From NCBI GenBank assembly GCA_023515725.1, contig JALDTO010000235.1:99305-163304 (forward strand): a stretch of 64,000 bases of DNA. The letters run 5' to 3'. The notes below the pieces were generated by a model that was not told the DNA's origin, did no database searches, and worked only from the letters and a program-made list of their open reading frames with translations. Positions 38,826 through 54,917 of the stretch are shown here, piece by piece. This DNA is from Amoeboaphelidium protococcarum X5. Taxonomy: Eukaryota; Fungi; Aphelidiomycota. The translations under genes were made by a program, and so were the position numbers. Numbering within the stretch: position 1 is the first letter of the stretch; every line of letters begins with the position of its first letter.

Positions 38826-40176
38826 ATGGGAGGATTATTGACCAAACTCAGGAAACCAGTAAGAATATAATTGTATTAAGTAGAATCAATTCACAGTATT
38901 TCATGTGTAGGCTGAGGACGATTATGAAAAAATTCTGGCTGGTTTGGATGAGGATATACAGAAATTGGAAGTACGAATATCAGAATCTAATGTGAATTAA
39001 AGGAAATTTATGGCTGTACTCACCACATATGGTTTGATTATTTATCTCTGCTGGCTGTTGTCCTTCTTTTTATTCCAATGGCGGACACTCAAATTATAGA
39101 ATGGAGTAGCATAATACGCTGTGAGTGTTTCCCCTGTTGTACTTGCGCCGCTCCTCCTTCTCGTTAGCAGATGGATGGTCCAGGCGTATTTCAGGCGGTC
39201 TATCACGTTGAAAGAGCAAGAGTTGGATTCATGCAAGAAATCACAGAAGCTCAAAGTGGAAGAGATGAAGAAGAAGTTGAATTATTATGTGGCCAAGAAT
39301 TTGATTGATCGATATGAGCATAATAGGAGAACTCCAATGAAAGATAGTCAGACCGCCGTATCTGCTGGTAGGCCTCGTGGTAATTCACTGAAATCTCAAT
39401 AACATTCATAGTAGAATTAAATTCGCTCCTAACAGCCATCTTAGTAGTAGTAGTAGTAGTAGTAATTATAATAAGGAGCATTGAGGTAGCCATCGTTCAG
39501 CTAATAGTAATAAAAATCTGTCAATGGAGGAGGCCTTTAGATGTCACCTCCTGATATACCACCTCAGCAATATCAACCATAGGATTAGTTGCGTCTGAAT
39601 ATGAGTCCACCAAAAATTATGCCGCATCCTAGCATGGTATCTAGTTCGGAACGCACGTGGATGGATAGGATCCTGGATGTTATCATTGGTGAAGATGGCC
39701 CATAGGATAAGTTTGCGCTCATCTGTGAAAAGTGCTTCACTCACAATGGACTTGTTCCTCCTAATGAGTATAATCTTGTCCAGTATACGTGTGCTAAATG
39801 TGGTCATTTTAATAATAAACGAGATAGATTTAGTATTCCATCACCGTCTCCGAATAGAGTATCATCTCCACCGGCCGTTGATCGTGATCTATCTGGTTCT
39901 TTAGCATTTGGTAGTAGAAAGGGTTCCAGTTAGATGTCGAATAGTCATGCTGACAGCGATAAAGATGATTTTTAGTAATTGGATAATGAGTAATTTATGT
40001 CAAAGTCTAATGAGGTAAGCGATAGTGTTGAATAGAGGCTTTTGGAGGATAACGGTTCAGATAGAGAGACAATGTCCACTTCTGCAGATTCTGGTAAAGA
40101 GAAGTTGTCCAAGAGGAAGCAATCTGGTAGAAAGAAGAGCAGCAGTGATAAAAAATCAAGTAACGATGATAAATGA
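38826..40176 (+). CDS. LNP1: ER junction protein lunapark
   Basis: MG N-terminus, two TM helices, WMDRILDVIIGED, ALICEKCFTHNGL..YTCAKCGHFN zinc finger; intron 38859-38910. Confidence 0.92.
39442..39465 (+). repeat. (TAG)7 TAA in frame, encoding a poly-Gln tract in lunapark
   Basis: Eight consecutive TAR codons between conserved domains. Confidence 0.9.
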
Positions 40177-40250
40177 CTATCCGTGAGTATTATTAATATA
40201 ATGAATATTTATAGAGAGACATCATGTATGTGGATTATCATTTTCATCAA

Positions 40251-41576
40251 TCAATTGTAGTACTTGTACACTTGCATAAGAGAGTAAAATGACAAGCCAT
40301 AGACTAGTAGGCGGAGAAGTTGAGGCACAAAGTATGCTGTCAACATTCTAATGATGAACTGGGGAGATTAAATCGACGGTGAATATCTACTTGATTCCAC
40401 GTCCCTTGGAGCTTGCGCCTTTTAACGCCACAGTCTTGTCTAATGTGAGTATGCACTAATCAGAATTGCAAATATAGACACGATAGATGCTAGAATATAT
40501 AACTTGAAAATGTAAATCATCTCTGGGAGTTGACAAATCTAGACTGAATAATTAGCATCATCAACATACAGGATACCAAAGGAAGGATATCTATTTCCCT
40601 GGAGCCAGGAGAACGTACCAATGGTATACTCTGGAAACTTGGAATCGCCAACTTGATGGACGTGGTAGCATTAGTCATGATCGTCACCACTAAACGTTAC
40701 CAGGGGCTAAACAGTCTGCAAGATCTCTTTACTAGCAGTCTCTGGAATCAAGTTTTAATACTGATAGCCGCGATGTTGGTAAATACTCTTGGTATTATGC
40801 CTAAGTTCACCGCAGCTGGAGCCAGCAGGTCTATGTAGAGGAACATGGGTAAATAGGAACCTCTGAATAGCTGATTACTCTTACTGTCTATTTTGAGATT
40901 GTCGCCTCGATTTAATCTCATGATACACTGCTTGTGCCCGTTATTATGCCAATAGTGATTAACCATGTGACAGCGATATAGTGTCCAGTATCACCAACTC
41001 AATCTAGGCAGTGCCAGATTATAACCGAACAATATCACTTGTATTTCCAAAGACTTCTACGTGTCTCGCGTAGGCTTCCCCAACTAAAGTGTCACCGAAT
41101 CCAATGTCGTGGTTCCCAGCCATGTAGTAGACTGGTACATGACGCGGTGTGTGAAATATCCTCTTGAATCGCCGCAAATCCCTCCAGAAATACGCTTCAT
41201 ACTCCTCACCTACCCACTCTCTGCCACCATCCATTAGATCGCCCAAGAACACTACCAAATCCGGTTTCAACTCTGACACACTGGCTCGATAACTTCGCTG
41301 CATATATACATCGCTGTAGTACTTGATTAGATTCAGTACAAAGGAACTAGATATCTTGTACGAGTACTCATCAGTGAGCTGAGGGTCTGCTACTAGTTGA
41401 ATAATGTACCCATGCGGTTTAGCAATTCGTCGAACCTTTTAACTGCATGATCGCACATGAGAAGTGTAAGTCCACGATTCTCCGTACACTATCAACACAA
41501 TCCAGAGCGTTACGAGCCAGTCCACTAAGCTTCTACTCTTGATAAATCTCATCAATCTAATCTTCCACACGGCCAT
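40251..41576 (-). CDS. CDC1: Cdc1/MPPE1 metallophosphoesterase (GPI remodelling)
   Basis: VADPQL, FLGDLMDGGR, AGNHDIG, terminal TM segments. Confidence 0.82.
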
Positions 41577-41913
41577 ACTTTAAAGCCTGTTATAGGACAG
41601 GTTTGAGCAGAATGGTAATTTAATTTGCAGTTTTGCGCAACTGAGGTTAAAAGGAAAATTATAGCGGCGATTAGAAAGATTCCCCTGTTACAGTCTAACT
41701 CGCGGATTCTATTTAAATAAGCAGCAATTTATGATTAAGGCTTTAGATTTAAATATAGTCATCTTCGAAGAAGCGTCAACCTTTTTCAAATATAAAATTA
41801 AAGTTGATGTAAAAGCAGACTCATGACTTTCTAAGCTGCGATCACGCTCTCTACTTTACTTTATTTGACGCGAATGCACAAATCTGCAAAATACGCAAAG
41901 CACTAGGCATATC

Positions 41914-43371
41914 ATGGAGAGTGGAGGCTTCAAAGTGTTCTCTGGAGTCAAAAGGCAACACCAAGTATTAAAGGATGATGAAGAGTCAAAGACTTTATAA
42001 CAGAATTCAAAGACTGTTGATAAGAAGAAGCAAGCGAAACTGGTCAGTCATCCGCTAGCAAATCAAGACGCGTCTTTTAAAGATCTTGGACTCGGCCAGT
42101 TTCTGATTGATGCCTTGAATAATCTATCTATCAGGAATCCTACTCCGGTCTAATAAGGCTGCGTTCCTCCTCTTATCGCCGGGCTCAATGTCATCGCGTG
42201 TGCTCCTACTGGTAGTGGTAAATCGCTGGCTTTCGCTCTTCCCATTATTTAAAATTTGTGTAAAGATCCGTATGGCATTTTTGCCTTAGTCCTCACTCCT
42301 ACCAGAGAGTTGGCGTATTAAATCGCGGAGCAGTTCAAAGCTGTTGGTGAATGTATAAAGTTGAGGACAAGTGTTATTGTGGGTGGTGTGGATATGCAGG
42401 AGCAGGCTATTGAATTAGCAAAGAGACCTCACGTTGTCATTGCCACTCCAGGTAGATTAGCTGATCATTTGAGTTCGTTAGGTAGCGGTGGCATCAATTT
42501 GAAGAAAATAAAGTTTCTTGTGATGGACGAGGCTGATAGACTGCTTGAAGATGATACATTTGCTGATGATTTGGAAATGATTTTGGGTAATCTGACTGCA
42601 GCGAAGGATCGATAGACTCTTCTCTTCAGCGCTACTATCAGTAAAAGTATCGAAATGACCAAGACTGATGAGACTTTTGTATACTCTGCGGTGAAGTAGC
42701 GCCATAGTACTGTCGATAGAATTACCTAAAGGTATCTATTGATTCCATCGATAACGCGCGATGCCTACTTGGTGTATATCTTATAGAATATGGTCACTGA
42801 GGGGAAGAGTGCAATCGTGTTCGTCTCCAAATGTAAGACTTGTGAGATCTTGAGAATCATGCTTCATGAACTGGGCCTCAAGGTGTGCGCATTGCACAGT
42901 AAAACTGCTTAGAAATAGCGTATCGCCTCTTTAGGTAAATTCCGATCTGGCGTCTCGCAGATCCTTATAGCGACTGATGTTGGCTCCAGAGGACTTGATA
43001 TTCCGGCTGTGAATTTTGTTATCAATTACGATGTTCCATGCTGTGCCACTGACTATGTGCATCGGATTGGTAGAACAGCTCGTGCTGGCAGATCAGGTAC
43101 TTCGATTACCATCGCGTCTGAAAGAGATGTTACTCTCCTGGATAATATCGAGTAAAAGATTGGTAAGAAAATGTCTCTGATGACTGACCAAGAATGTCCT
43201 GAGAAGGTTGTGAATGATCTCTTAAAAGATGTATCTATTAAACGTAAGGAGGCAATGATGCTGTTGAGTAATATTGGCTTTGGTGAGAAGGATATCATTA
43301 ACGTGACCAAACACCTCTCCGAGCAGGACCTGTCTAAACTACTCAAGACGAAAAAAGTGAAGCTGAATTGA
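41914..43371 (+). CDS. DBP8: DEAD-box helicase Dbp8/DDX49
   Basis: [66 protein letters not shown]. Confidence 0.9.
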
Positions 43372-43666
43372 TATTATCGTTTGCGTATTAAATAAATATA
43401 TTTCAGTCGATGACTGGTTCCAGTACATACTTTCAGTCTTGGATTAAATGTTATTTTCATAGTTAGCAAGCATGGTGGTGTAAACTACCGGTAATCAAGA
43501 AATGCTACAGTTTACTGTACTTCTGAAGGTACTCCTCGCTCGGCGTATTTCTTCCGACCAAAAGTCTTGTTTCAGATCTGGTATCTTTACAATAGCCGTT
43601 TCATAAACAAAAAAACTTGGACTTAAATTGTTGGGTACTAAAATTGAATATCTGAGTAAACAGACA

Positions 43667-45571
<1,905 letters not shown>

Positions 45572-45641
45572 TCTATATTTGTTATAAGAATACCGGAAAT
45601 GCTAATGTAAATAAATACAAAACAAGTTACATTTTTATAAT

Positions 45642-46145
45642 TCAAATGTCACCAGCAGATACGGAAACTGATCTGGCAATGCACTGATTAACGACAGAGG
45701 ACAGGCTTGGATTCTCAATCGCGGCGGCAACGCGTTCTTTATCATTCAGTTACTTGTTAATAGCCACCTCGCTCTGATGAGTGCCTTCTCTAATATTTAC
45801 AGAGACTTTACTATTCCTAGCAAGGGATCGCTGCAACTTGACACGGATCGCCAATCCAATAAGAGTGGCCATGGAGCAATGAGGAATGGTTGGCGTAAAG
45901 TCAATAGATATCATGTACTTGTCGTCGCTCTCTGGCAGTCTCCTCACATCAATCTATTCTAGAGTGACAACATTCAACTACTCCAAGGTGAGCGGGTGCT
46001 CAGGATCATTTATATCGCGTATAAGATCAAACACCTCCAGACTGTCAATCTAGTCTTCCACATCAGGATTCATATCATCCTCGCTCTTTTACCTAAAAGG
46101 ACCTTTCACGTCATTCACTAGAGGATTACTGTTTTAAATGGTCAT
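45642..46145 (-). CDS. CIA2: CIA targeting complex subunit Cia2/FAM96B
   Basis: DPEHPLTLEQLNVV, FTPTIPHCSMATLIGL, NKQLNDKERVAAAIEN. Confidence 0.95.
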
Positions 46146-46451
46146 ATTCTCCACACTACTGTCGCCAATTAGAATCGGTGTAGAAAAAGAAAGATTAATA
46201 GCAACAGAGGTTGCAGTTGATTAAGCCGATATTGGAGAGCGTTTGGTAAAAAGAAAAGAATGCAAAGTCTCTGCCGGCCAAGTGTTAAATCTGACCATCC
46301 CCTTTCGTCGTCATTTCTCGGCCTGGTTTTGCGCATTTCTTTCTTTCGGGTATTTTGAGAACGAGATTTTCATATTTTATTCTCGAATTTATCATCATCA
46401 AAAAACCTGTATTTTACATTGATAGTATTTGAAAAATATAGTTACACAAAA

Positions 46452-47315
46452 ATGGTAGATGCGCCGGAAATTAAAGTGACAGAACAAGATGGACTCAAGG
46501 TGATTGTTGAGTATTCCACTAATGATAAGGGCGAGAAGATCAAGATTACGCGTAAGGTAAAGACAGTTGTGCGCAAGTAGAAAGCTAATCATGCTGTGAT
46601 TGAGAGAAGATAATGGAAGAAATTTGGATAGGCCACCGGACATGGTACTTTTGATGAAGGTATTACAACTCTGGGTGAGGAAGTGACTTTGAAATTGGGA
46701 GTTCGCGCTCTGAATGAAGTCGAGTAGAAGCCAAAGTTGACTGTAGATGAATAGGTGAAGAAACTGACAACCAGTGCCATTACATGTCGTGTATGTAAAG
46801 GAGAGCATTTCACTGCCAAGTGTCCGTATAAAGACACTCTTACTCCTCTTAGCGAGACTCTGGATAAGCTAGCGAGTCCGGCTGCATTCAGCTCTGATAG
46901 TGTGAGTGGTGCTGATGGAGCGGCTGGTGCTAAACCAACACTCGGAGGTGGCAAGTATATTCCACCATCACAGCGGGCTAAGATGGGTATCCCGCCAAGT
47001 GCATCAGCTGCCGGTTCTACATCTGGAAGACCGTCTTCTGCCTATCAGCCGCCTGGTGGAGATGGAGGTGAGTTGACAACGTTAAGAGTTTCTAATCTAT
47101 CAGAGTACGCGCAAGATTAGGATTTGTATAGTCTCTTCTCCAAGTTTGGTGGTATCTAACGCGTCAAAGTTGCTCAAGACTATGAGACTAGAATGTGCAG
47201 AGGATACGCTTTTGTTACCTTTAACATTAGAAGAAGTGCTGAGCTTGCAATGGAAAAGATGGACGGATATCCGTTTGATAATTTGATTCTGAAGGTGGAA
47301 TGGGCACAGAGATGA
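46452..47315 (+). CDS. TIF35: Translation initiation factor eIF3 subunit g
   Basis: CRVCKGEHFTAKCPYKD, GKYIPP, RRM TLRVSNLSE..RGYAFV..ILKVEWA. Confidence 0.93.
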
Positions 47316-47472
47316 TTTCTATACTACTTTGTTTAGGTGTGATAATTCGCTTTTAAATTTGATTACTATAAACAAAGCTACATTATCATTCCATCGTAAG
47401 AGTCGAATCTTTAAGGAAATAGACTTTTATAAGTTGGTACAAAACAATAATCAACTTTCGAGAGTATACGAT

Positions 47473-49512
47473 TCAGAACATTTATCGATGAGATTGAGTA
47501 TTGCCATCCAAGATTGTGCCAGTAGAGGATCGATTCTTGCGATTGTTAAACACATTCCAGAATCTCAGAGTCTCATCACCAGCACCCGTCACTATATTAC
47601 TGCCATCAGGACTACTGGATAGATATAACACACGATATGAATGCCCAGTCAGAGTGGCCAGTGGTGTCATGGATGGGCACTTCCACACAACAATTTAATT
47701 CTGACTGTATCCGTGCGTGGACACTAGTTCATTACTGAATTTAGACCAACCGAGATTACACACTTGTGAGCCAGTGTCAATACATTGCATATGTTGACCG
47801 GTCGCAGTGTTCCAGAAGCGGATCCGTCTATCTGCAGTCCCACCACCAGATGCCAATAATCCAGCACAGTGCGGAGACCAGGCGATAGCTTTTACAGCGG
47901 CGTTATGTTCAGCAAATTTAAGACGTGGCTGAAGTTCCGTACTACCATCTGTTGAGCGTCTACCGGCATCTTGATATAAGAATCGAGCATCCCAGATCAA
48001 CAGTTTATTATCATTGCCGCCGCTGGCTAGAGATTAACCATCTGGGGACCACTTAAGACCGCAAACTTCCTGCTTATGGCCAACCATCTTGACTTCGAAC
48101 GATGCCGATTAATCAGCAATTCTTGTATCTCTCTACAGAATAGATCGATCTCTAGAGCCAGTGCTTATATTCGAGCCATTCCAAGCACAAGTGCCTACTC
48201 TTGATGAGTGACCACTGAGTGTTCGAAGCTTTTTCAACTACACAGTATCCCAAATCTATACAGATCCTCTATTGGTGCCCAAAGCCAATGTCCTTCCATC
48301 GGGTGCCCAATTAACAGACGTTACATTGTCATAAGCGCTCAAATCACACAGCTTTGCCACATTACAACTCTCTGCATTCCACAAGTACACGCAAGTACCC
48401 AGACCGACAGCCAAAATATTCTATGAGCCCCAGTCAAGGAGATTAAGATAGAAATCATCGGCAAGATCTGGTGCATCCAATACTTTAAATGGAAGTTTGG
48501 GAATCTGAACTTTGACTGCCCGCTGCGACTTGATAGACTTTTGCAGCCGATTCAAAGTCTCTGGAGATAGTGGACTTGATGTTAATCGACTCAACTGTTA
48601 TGGGCTCTGAATGACAGATGAGAAGTCGAGTCTCCTTCTAGCCTTGACTGGTGATTTCATAGAAGACAACGCACCTTAAATTACATGCTCCGATGACTAG
48701 TACTACCAACTCCGAATCTACTTGAGCGCTGATGAGGGAGACTTGAACTTTAATATTCTCGCTTGAGATGTGGCACTACCAGAACCTCTTTATAACTGAT
48801 CGGTTCCAGTCTGATTGGTTGCCATGGAATTCTGCGTTTACATGTGACTATTATGACTACTGTTTTAAGCGGTGTCGGCAAATTAAGAACTACGAGTACC
48901 ATCATTGTGATAGGAATCGGCAGACTGTGCTCCGAACAATTCTGTGTGCAATGCTGACTAGTACAACCGATTAGCCTCCTCTTTCTACATATCAGTATCT
49001 CCGGCGTCCGTGCTCCCTTTGTCTCCGTTTACTTTACTTATCCGCTTACTCGGCGAGGTGAGACTTCCGCCTTTCAAGAGCAGAGCAGTGGCCAAATCTA
49101 CAGTCTAATTCCTCTCAGCGATAAATCGGTCCACAGTAGGCATACGCTTCTTACTTTTAGGAGATGATAGAGGTGATTAAATACTCGTCAATTGATGCGA
49201 GACAGAAGAAGTTCCAGTCTATTTAGACGGAGTCTTGGGCCGCTTCACAGGTTGACTTCGATTATTAGAGTAATTATCATCCTGTCCTATATCAGATTAC
49301 TATTTTTACTACCAATTATTAAGGCTCTTATAGCTAAGCAAATCGTATTAAGATTAGGACTTTTTCATTGTTTCAATCGAACCATTATTGTTGGACTCTT
49401 TAACGCAGGACTATTATTGCTCAAACTAATTAACAGCAATTCTTACATCTTCTTTTGAAACCGATAGTTGTGACTTTTTATAAGCATCCGAGTAATTTAA
49501 TTGTCTTTTCAT
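47473..49512 (-). CDS. CDH1: APC/C activator Cdh1/Fzr1 (WD40)
   Basis: C-box [65 protein letters not shown]. Confidence 0.88.
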
Positions 49513-50307
49513 ACCGCTGCCCACTTAAATATTTATATATTTTCAACAACACCTACAGTCTGTGATTGTTAACAGAAACGGCCTAAAGAAGAAGAATTTC
49601 TCGTCCAAGTCAATCAGAACAAAACAAAAAACAAAGTAACAGTCACAATAAACACTTGCTCCCTCCTTAGAGACATGCTGTAGTAAGCGGTACTTTAAAG
49701 ATGCTCAAATTATAATATTTTGTCCCGATCACAATATATACATTAGGTGAGCAATTGCAATGGACCAAAATTAAGTGAGTAATATGGTTAGTTTCACTTT
49801 AGAAAAGATTGATCATAACCGCGATATTGGAAGATAAAACTTTGGTTAAAGGCTCTTCTCAGTGTACCTGAATGGGAAAGACATGGAAATATGAGAAGTG
49901 AGCGTTGAACTAATGCGCGCCGAATCTTTTTTAGAATTCCAGCGTGTTATAGTAAGGCCACCCTTCTGTATTGTTTATTTCTGAAACGAGCGCGCCTGTT
50001 CATCGGCGAGTTTGTGACTGACTGTAAAACGCGAGCGAGCGTGCGGATCCGTTGCCGATTGCCGTGACCAGATCAACATCTTCATCAACAACGACGCCAC
50101 ACCCAACCTGGACTCTTAAACAAACACTCGGAAAGACGCCGCCTCCAAAATTGAATTTCCCCTCGGCTTCCCGCTTCATTTCATACCGATAAGCCATCAA
50201 CCAATCAATCGTTGTAGACACTATCATTATAGTATTTTGTCTTGTATAACATCTTGTTATTTATAAACTACTGTTGACTTTAAAAGCAGAGAGCTGATCA
50301 TTGTAAT

Positions 50308-52347
50308 ATGACTTAGAAACTATTTAGTGTTGAAGTTGAAGGTCCTCAGCCTGAAGGTAAGCGTTCATCGTGTCTCTCATTCATTAGTGGCATAAACTAA
50401 GTCGTGTATGTAGGAGAAACCAGAGTAAGGCGCAACTGGGTGAACAAAGACAAAGGTTTGGTGGAGAGTCTTCTGCCTGACGTGAAGACTCTGTTGGACA
50501 ACTTCAAGAGGGGCATTGAGACGGCAAAGGATCGTCCGTTCCTCGGTAGAAGATCTGTGGTGGATGGTGTTGCTGGCCCGTATACCTGGGTCACTTATGG
50601 AGAAGCTTACGCGTCTGCCTAGGCTATTGGCTCGTTCCTGGTGAAGAAGGGTATTGAGATTAAAGGAAATATTGCATTGTACTCTGTCAATCGTCCAGAG
50701 TGGGTCATCGCTGAGCAGGGATGTTACATGTACAATTACTGCACTGTTCCTCTGTATGACACGCTTGGTGCAGAGGCTATTGAGTACATTTTGAATTAGG
50801 CAGAGTGTAAGCTAGTATTTGCCTCTGCAGATAAAATCCAGTCTTTGATTTCGCTGAAGCCCAAGCTACCTCATATGACCACCGTTATATCCTTTGATTC
50901 TAACGTACCTGCTGGTGTTGTTGAAAGTGCCAAGGCGGCCGGTGTTGAGATTATTCTGTGGTCTGATGCTGAGAGTGAAGGTAGTGAAAATGTCGCAGAG
51001 TTGCGTCCACCTCAGGCTGAAGATCTATGTACCATCTGCTACACTTCAGGTACCACTGGTCTACCTAAAGGTGTCATGCTGTCGCATAAGAATATGGTGG
51101 CTGCTGGTATGTCGTACCGCTACGCTGGACAGCACGGAGCTGGATTTAACTTTGACCACAGAGACGTTCATATTTCCTACCTGCCTCTGGCTCATGTGCT
51201 GGAACGTGCTCTGTTCTCTGTAATGATCGGTGTCGGTGCCAAGATTGGATTCTATCAGGGTGATACTTTGAAGTTATTGGATGATGTTGCCGAGCTGAAA
51301 CCAACCATCTTTGCATCTGTGCCTCGTCTGTACAACCGTATCTATGACAAGATCTGGGCCAATGTGAAGAATGCTGGCGGTCTGTCGTAGAAATTATTCA
51401 ATATGGCGTACAATTCCAAAAAGGGTAATATGCCAAACACTGTACATCATCTGCTCTGGGATACTTTGGTGTTCAGAAAGGTAAGAGACCGTTTGGGTGG
51501 TAAAGTGCGCGCTTTAGTATCCGGTGGTGCGCCATTATCTCCAGAGGTGACTGAATTTTTGCGTGTGGCATTCGGTTGTGAAGTCTTGGAAGGCTATGGA
51601 CAGACTGAGACTTGCGCTGCTGGAACCATCACATAGCCTGGTGATTATACTATCGGCCACGTTGGTTCTCCATTCCCGTGCTGTGAGGTGAAGCTGATTG
51701 ATGTTCCTGAAATGGGCTACACATCCAAAGACACTCCATATCCACGTGGTGAGATATGCTTCAGAGGCTTTAACATTTTCAGTGGTTACTACAAGCAGCC
51801 GGAGAAGACTGCAGAGACTTTGACTAGCGATGGATGGTGTAAGACTGGAGATATCGGTATGTTTGATGAGCAGGGACGTGTGAAGATTATTGATCGTAAG
51901 AAGAATATCTTCAAGTTGGCTCAGGGAGAATATGTTGCCGCAGAGAAGATTGAGAACATTTACGTGTGTCATGAGTTTGTGGCACAGGCATTTGTGTATG
52001 GCGATTCTCTGCAGGCTAGCTTGGTGGGAATCATTGTCCCGGATCAGGAAGTGTTGATGAAGTGGGCGCAGAAGTAGCCTGGTGATTTGTACAAGAACAA
52101 GTCATTTGCAGAGTTGTGCAAGATGGAGGAATTGAAGAAGGTTATCCTGGAAGCATTGATTGCTCATGGCAAGACTAGTGGCCTGAAGGGATTTGAGAAC
52201 GTGAAGAACATCTTTGTCGACTCGGAGCTATTCAGTTTGGAGAATAATTTGCTGACTCCAACGTTCAAGCTGAAGCGTAAGGAGGCCAAGGAGAAGTATC
52301 AGAAGCAGATTGACGAGATGTACACTTAAATCAATGCTTCAAATTGA
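50308..52347 (+). CDS. Long-chain acyl-CoA synthetase (ACSL/Faa2 type)
   Basis: ICYTSGTTGLPKG, SYLPLAH, EGYGQTE, TGDIG, IIDRKKNIFKLAQGEY, LLTPTFK; intron 50357-50413. Confidence 0.94.
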
Positions 52348-54179
52348 GCCCTTCGCATTACGTAATGATACTTTGCTTAGGTAGTCTTGCGCTGTGGGAA
52401 ATACTATATTATTATTACTGTTATAATGGAATGAATATATTGGCGTTTATCAATACATGGTTTCTCACGGTGGCAGTAAAGCCTGCCTGCTTAACAATAT
52501 TTACATCTCTTATTTTCCACGCCCATTATGTTCAGTCAATCTCACAAGTGAATTAGGGACTAGCAATTCCACAATACATGTTAAAGATGGTTGCAAAACC
52601 GTAAAATCAACAAATTTATTCGGATAACACGTCGGGAAATTCTCATTAAGGAGCATGAGGTATATACTGTATATTTTTCGCTTTACGTCTTCAAAGTCTG
52701 AAGAATTGGAAGCAGGGTTCCGCGCTTTAGTTCTAAGATATGAGCAGAAGTTTACTTTAGCGGGGGAGCACAATATTTTAATATATTAATATTTCATTTG
52801 GGAAGGAACTAGAGTGCGTCTGTATATTGATAATGGTGAGTCTGCGTCTAATCTGGCGATGATACGGAGTCCGAAGCTGATGAGACTGCTCAGACTTAAC
52901 GCGTAAATGCCCAGTCATCAGCTGTTAGTGCACATTAATAATTGCCGTAGGATAGTGTTTTTAGCCAGTATCTCTCATCAGCTCTTCGAACTAGTGGGAA
53001 CTCAGTGATGATAAATGTAGAAAATCAATTCCGCATGTCCAGGCCTTTAAATACTCAGAAAGGATATGGCAGGTCCCATTAAAGAATGGCGAGAATTTTG
53101 TAGGACACTGCGATTGACAGATTTGGTGTTCAAAGTCAAGATGTTGGCGTATCTAAAATATGTTGTATCTAATATTGCTGTGCGGCGCTAGATTAATGAA
53201 AGAGTTTAAGTTAGAAGTACTTCTTATTACATCATGTGTCTACATGCGCGTGCATTGATATATTTGTGGCCGTTATTTAAGCTGTATATTCCCGTAATAT
53301 TGTGGGCCGAGTCATCCAAGAGTAGGTGGCGTTCAAAGATCGCTTAGAATAACTTTGCTTTCAGAGCTTGGTAGATAACGTTCGGAGTATGAAGACAAGC
53401 GAACTCCAAATTTTAGCTATACTTATTCATGCTCTGAGCGCTCCAAAATTGCTGACTACTTATTCACGAATTAAGCGAAACATGGACAGCAACGGGCGCG
53501 GAGGCTGGACTGATCATTATTGAGGGCGAGGAAGATCGTATCGAAATGGAACCGGCCTTTCACCTACTAGTGGTGAACGTAAAAAGCATCTCCGCAAGTA
53601 CAAAGTGTCCACCTATGCGAACTAAGGGTCTACTGTAATAAGGTTTCTTATTCTCAGTGTAAAGCAGTCCCTGCTGAAAAAAACGCCACCCCAGCTAACA
53701 AATTCAATAATGCTTTTATCTGTAAGATTTGATTTTCTAATGATATATCATGATCCAAGATGTCTTTTACGTGTAGCACCTGATCATATGCTACGACTTA
53801 ATCGCAATGCCAATTAGCAATAGCCCAATAACGGTGACGTCGTCGGGTAAAAGGTAGATCTTGAATTGGAAGAACTGCGTAATCATGACTTGTTCGATTT
53901 TCTGTATGAAGATATGGCACCTGACACTGGTAAATAGATGGCGAGAAAGTAGTAGAGGAATAAAAGTGAGAAGACATCTAGTCTAAAGTGTCTTTTAGGA
54001 GAAATGTTAGGGCTGATCTGACCGCCACTTTTCGTGATTGCCTGGAGGCCTGCAAGGATAAGCTCATTTCAAGTAGCACGATTATGACGTTGCTATCAGA
54101 TGTTCTGCGTGTGATATAGCATCTTCTTAGGTTAGATGTCTAACTTGTGATAACTGTCCATAGTTTTGTGATGATTGCT

Positions 54180-54690
54180 TTGTTGAAATGCTTCGCGACA
54201 AATAGTTTCATTTGTAACAGCGCTTACATTCTAATCGGCTTGCAATAAGTGTGTTGGAAGTTTGTCTGCATTCTATGTGAATTCCAGCTGTGAAAAGTAG
54301 TCCAAGCATCCGGTTAAGTTATATTAATTTCCTAATGGTGTCGCTGACTGTGACATTGACGTTTGCGAACACATAAAATCAGTAAAGTATGGGTTGTTCA
54401 AGAGTTTGCTGGCGCTTGGATATGTTTCTTGCACTGCAAGTAAGCCGTGATATGCGATATAACTTGAAGTTATTAAGTTTTACGCGTCCTTGCTGAGAAA
54501 TTTTAAATGTACGGCGTCAGGATTTGCCGCTTCTTTTTCTGATGTATGTTACATTGGTGGTTCGTCTTATTTGCGCAAGCATTTACTACAGAGTCTGCGC
54601 TTGTATATTGCGCTTGAGAAAAAGTTTTGGAAGACTTATAGTCTTTCATTTTAGTTTGATTGTCTGGCGTGTCCTAATTAAGTTGCTACT
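54180..54690 (+). pseudogene. KDZ (Kyakuja-Dileera-Zisupton) transposase remnant, CxC1-like domain
   Basis: DVCEH..LLALGYVSCTASKP*YAIQLEVIKFYASL..CTASGFAASF..LRKHLLQSLRLY..CLACP; TGA at 54448; catalytic domain not found downstream. Confidence 0.6.
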
Positions 54691-54917
54691 CAGTACACGT
54701 TAAAGATTGCAGATATTAAAGATGGCGAGCTATAAGCTGATACTAGTTTGATAGATGAAATGCTGGACATGTGCTGGATTTTCTTAGTAAAGAATGTAGT
54801 GCCGATAAGCTTGGTATTTAACCTCAATAAGAAAGAGAAGATTGATAAAGTAAGATTTGTGTCACTATCAGTGATCAGCCTATTATAAGAGGCCTCTATA
54901 ACCACATTGTTACACGA

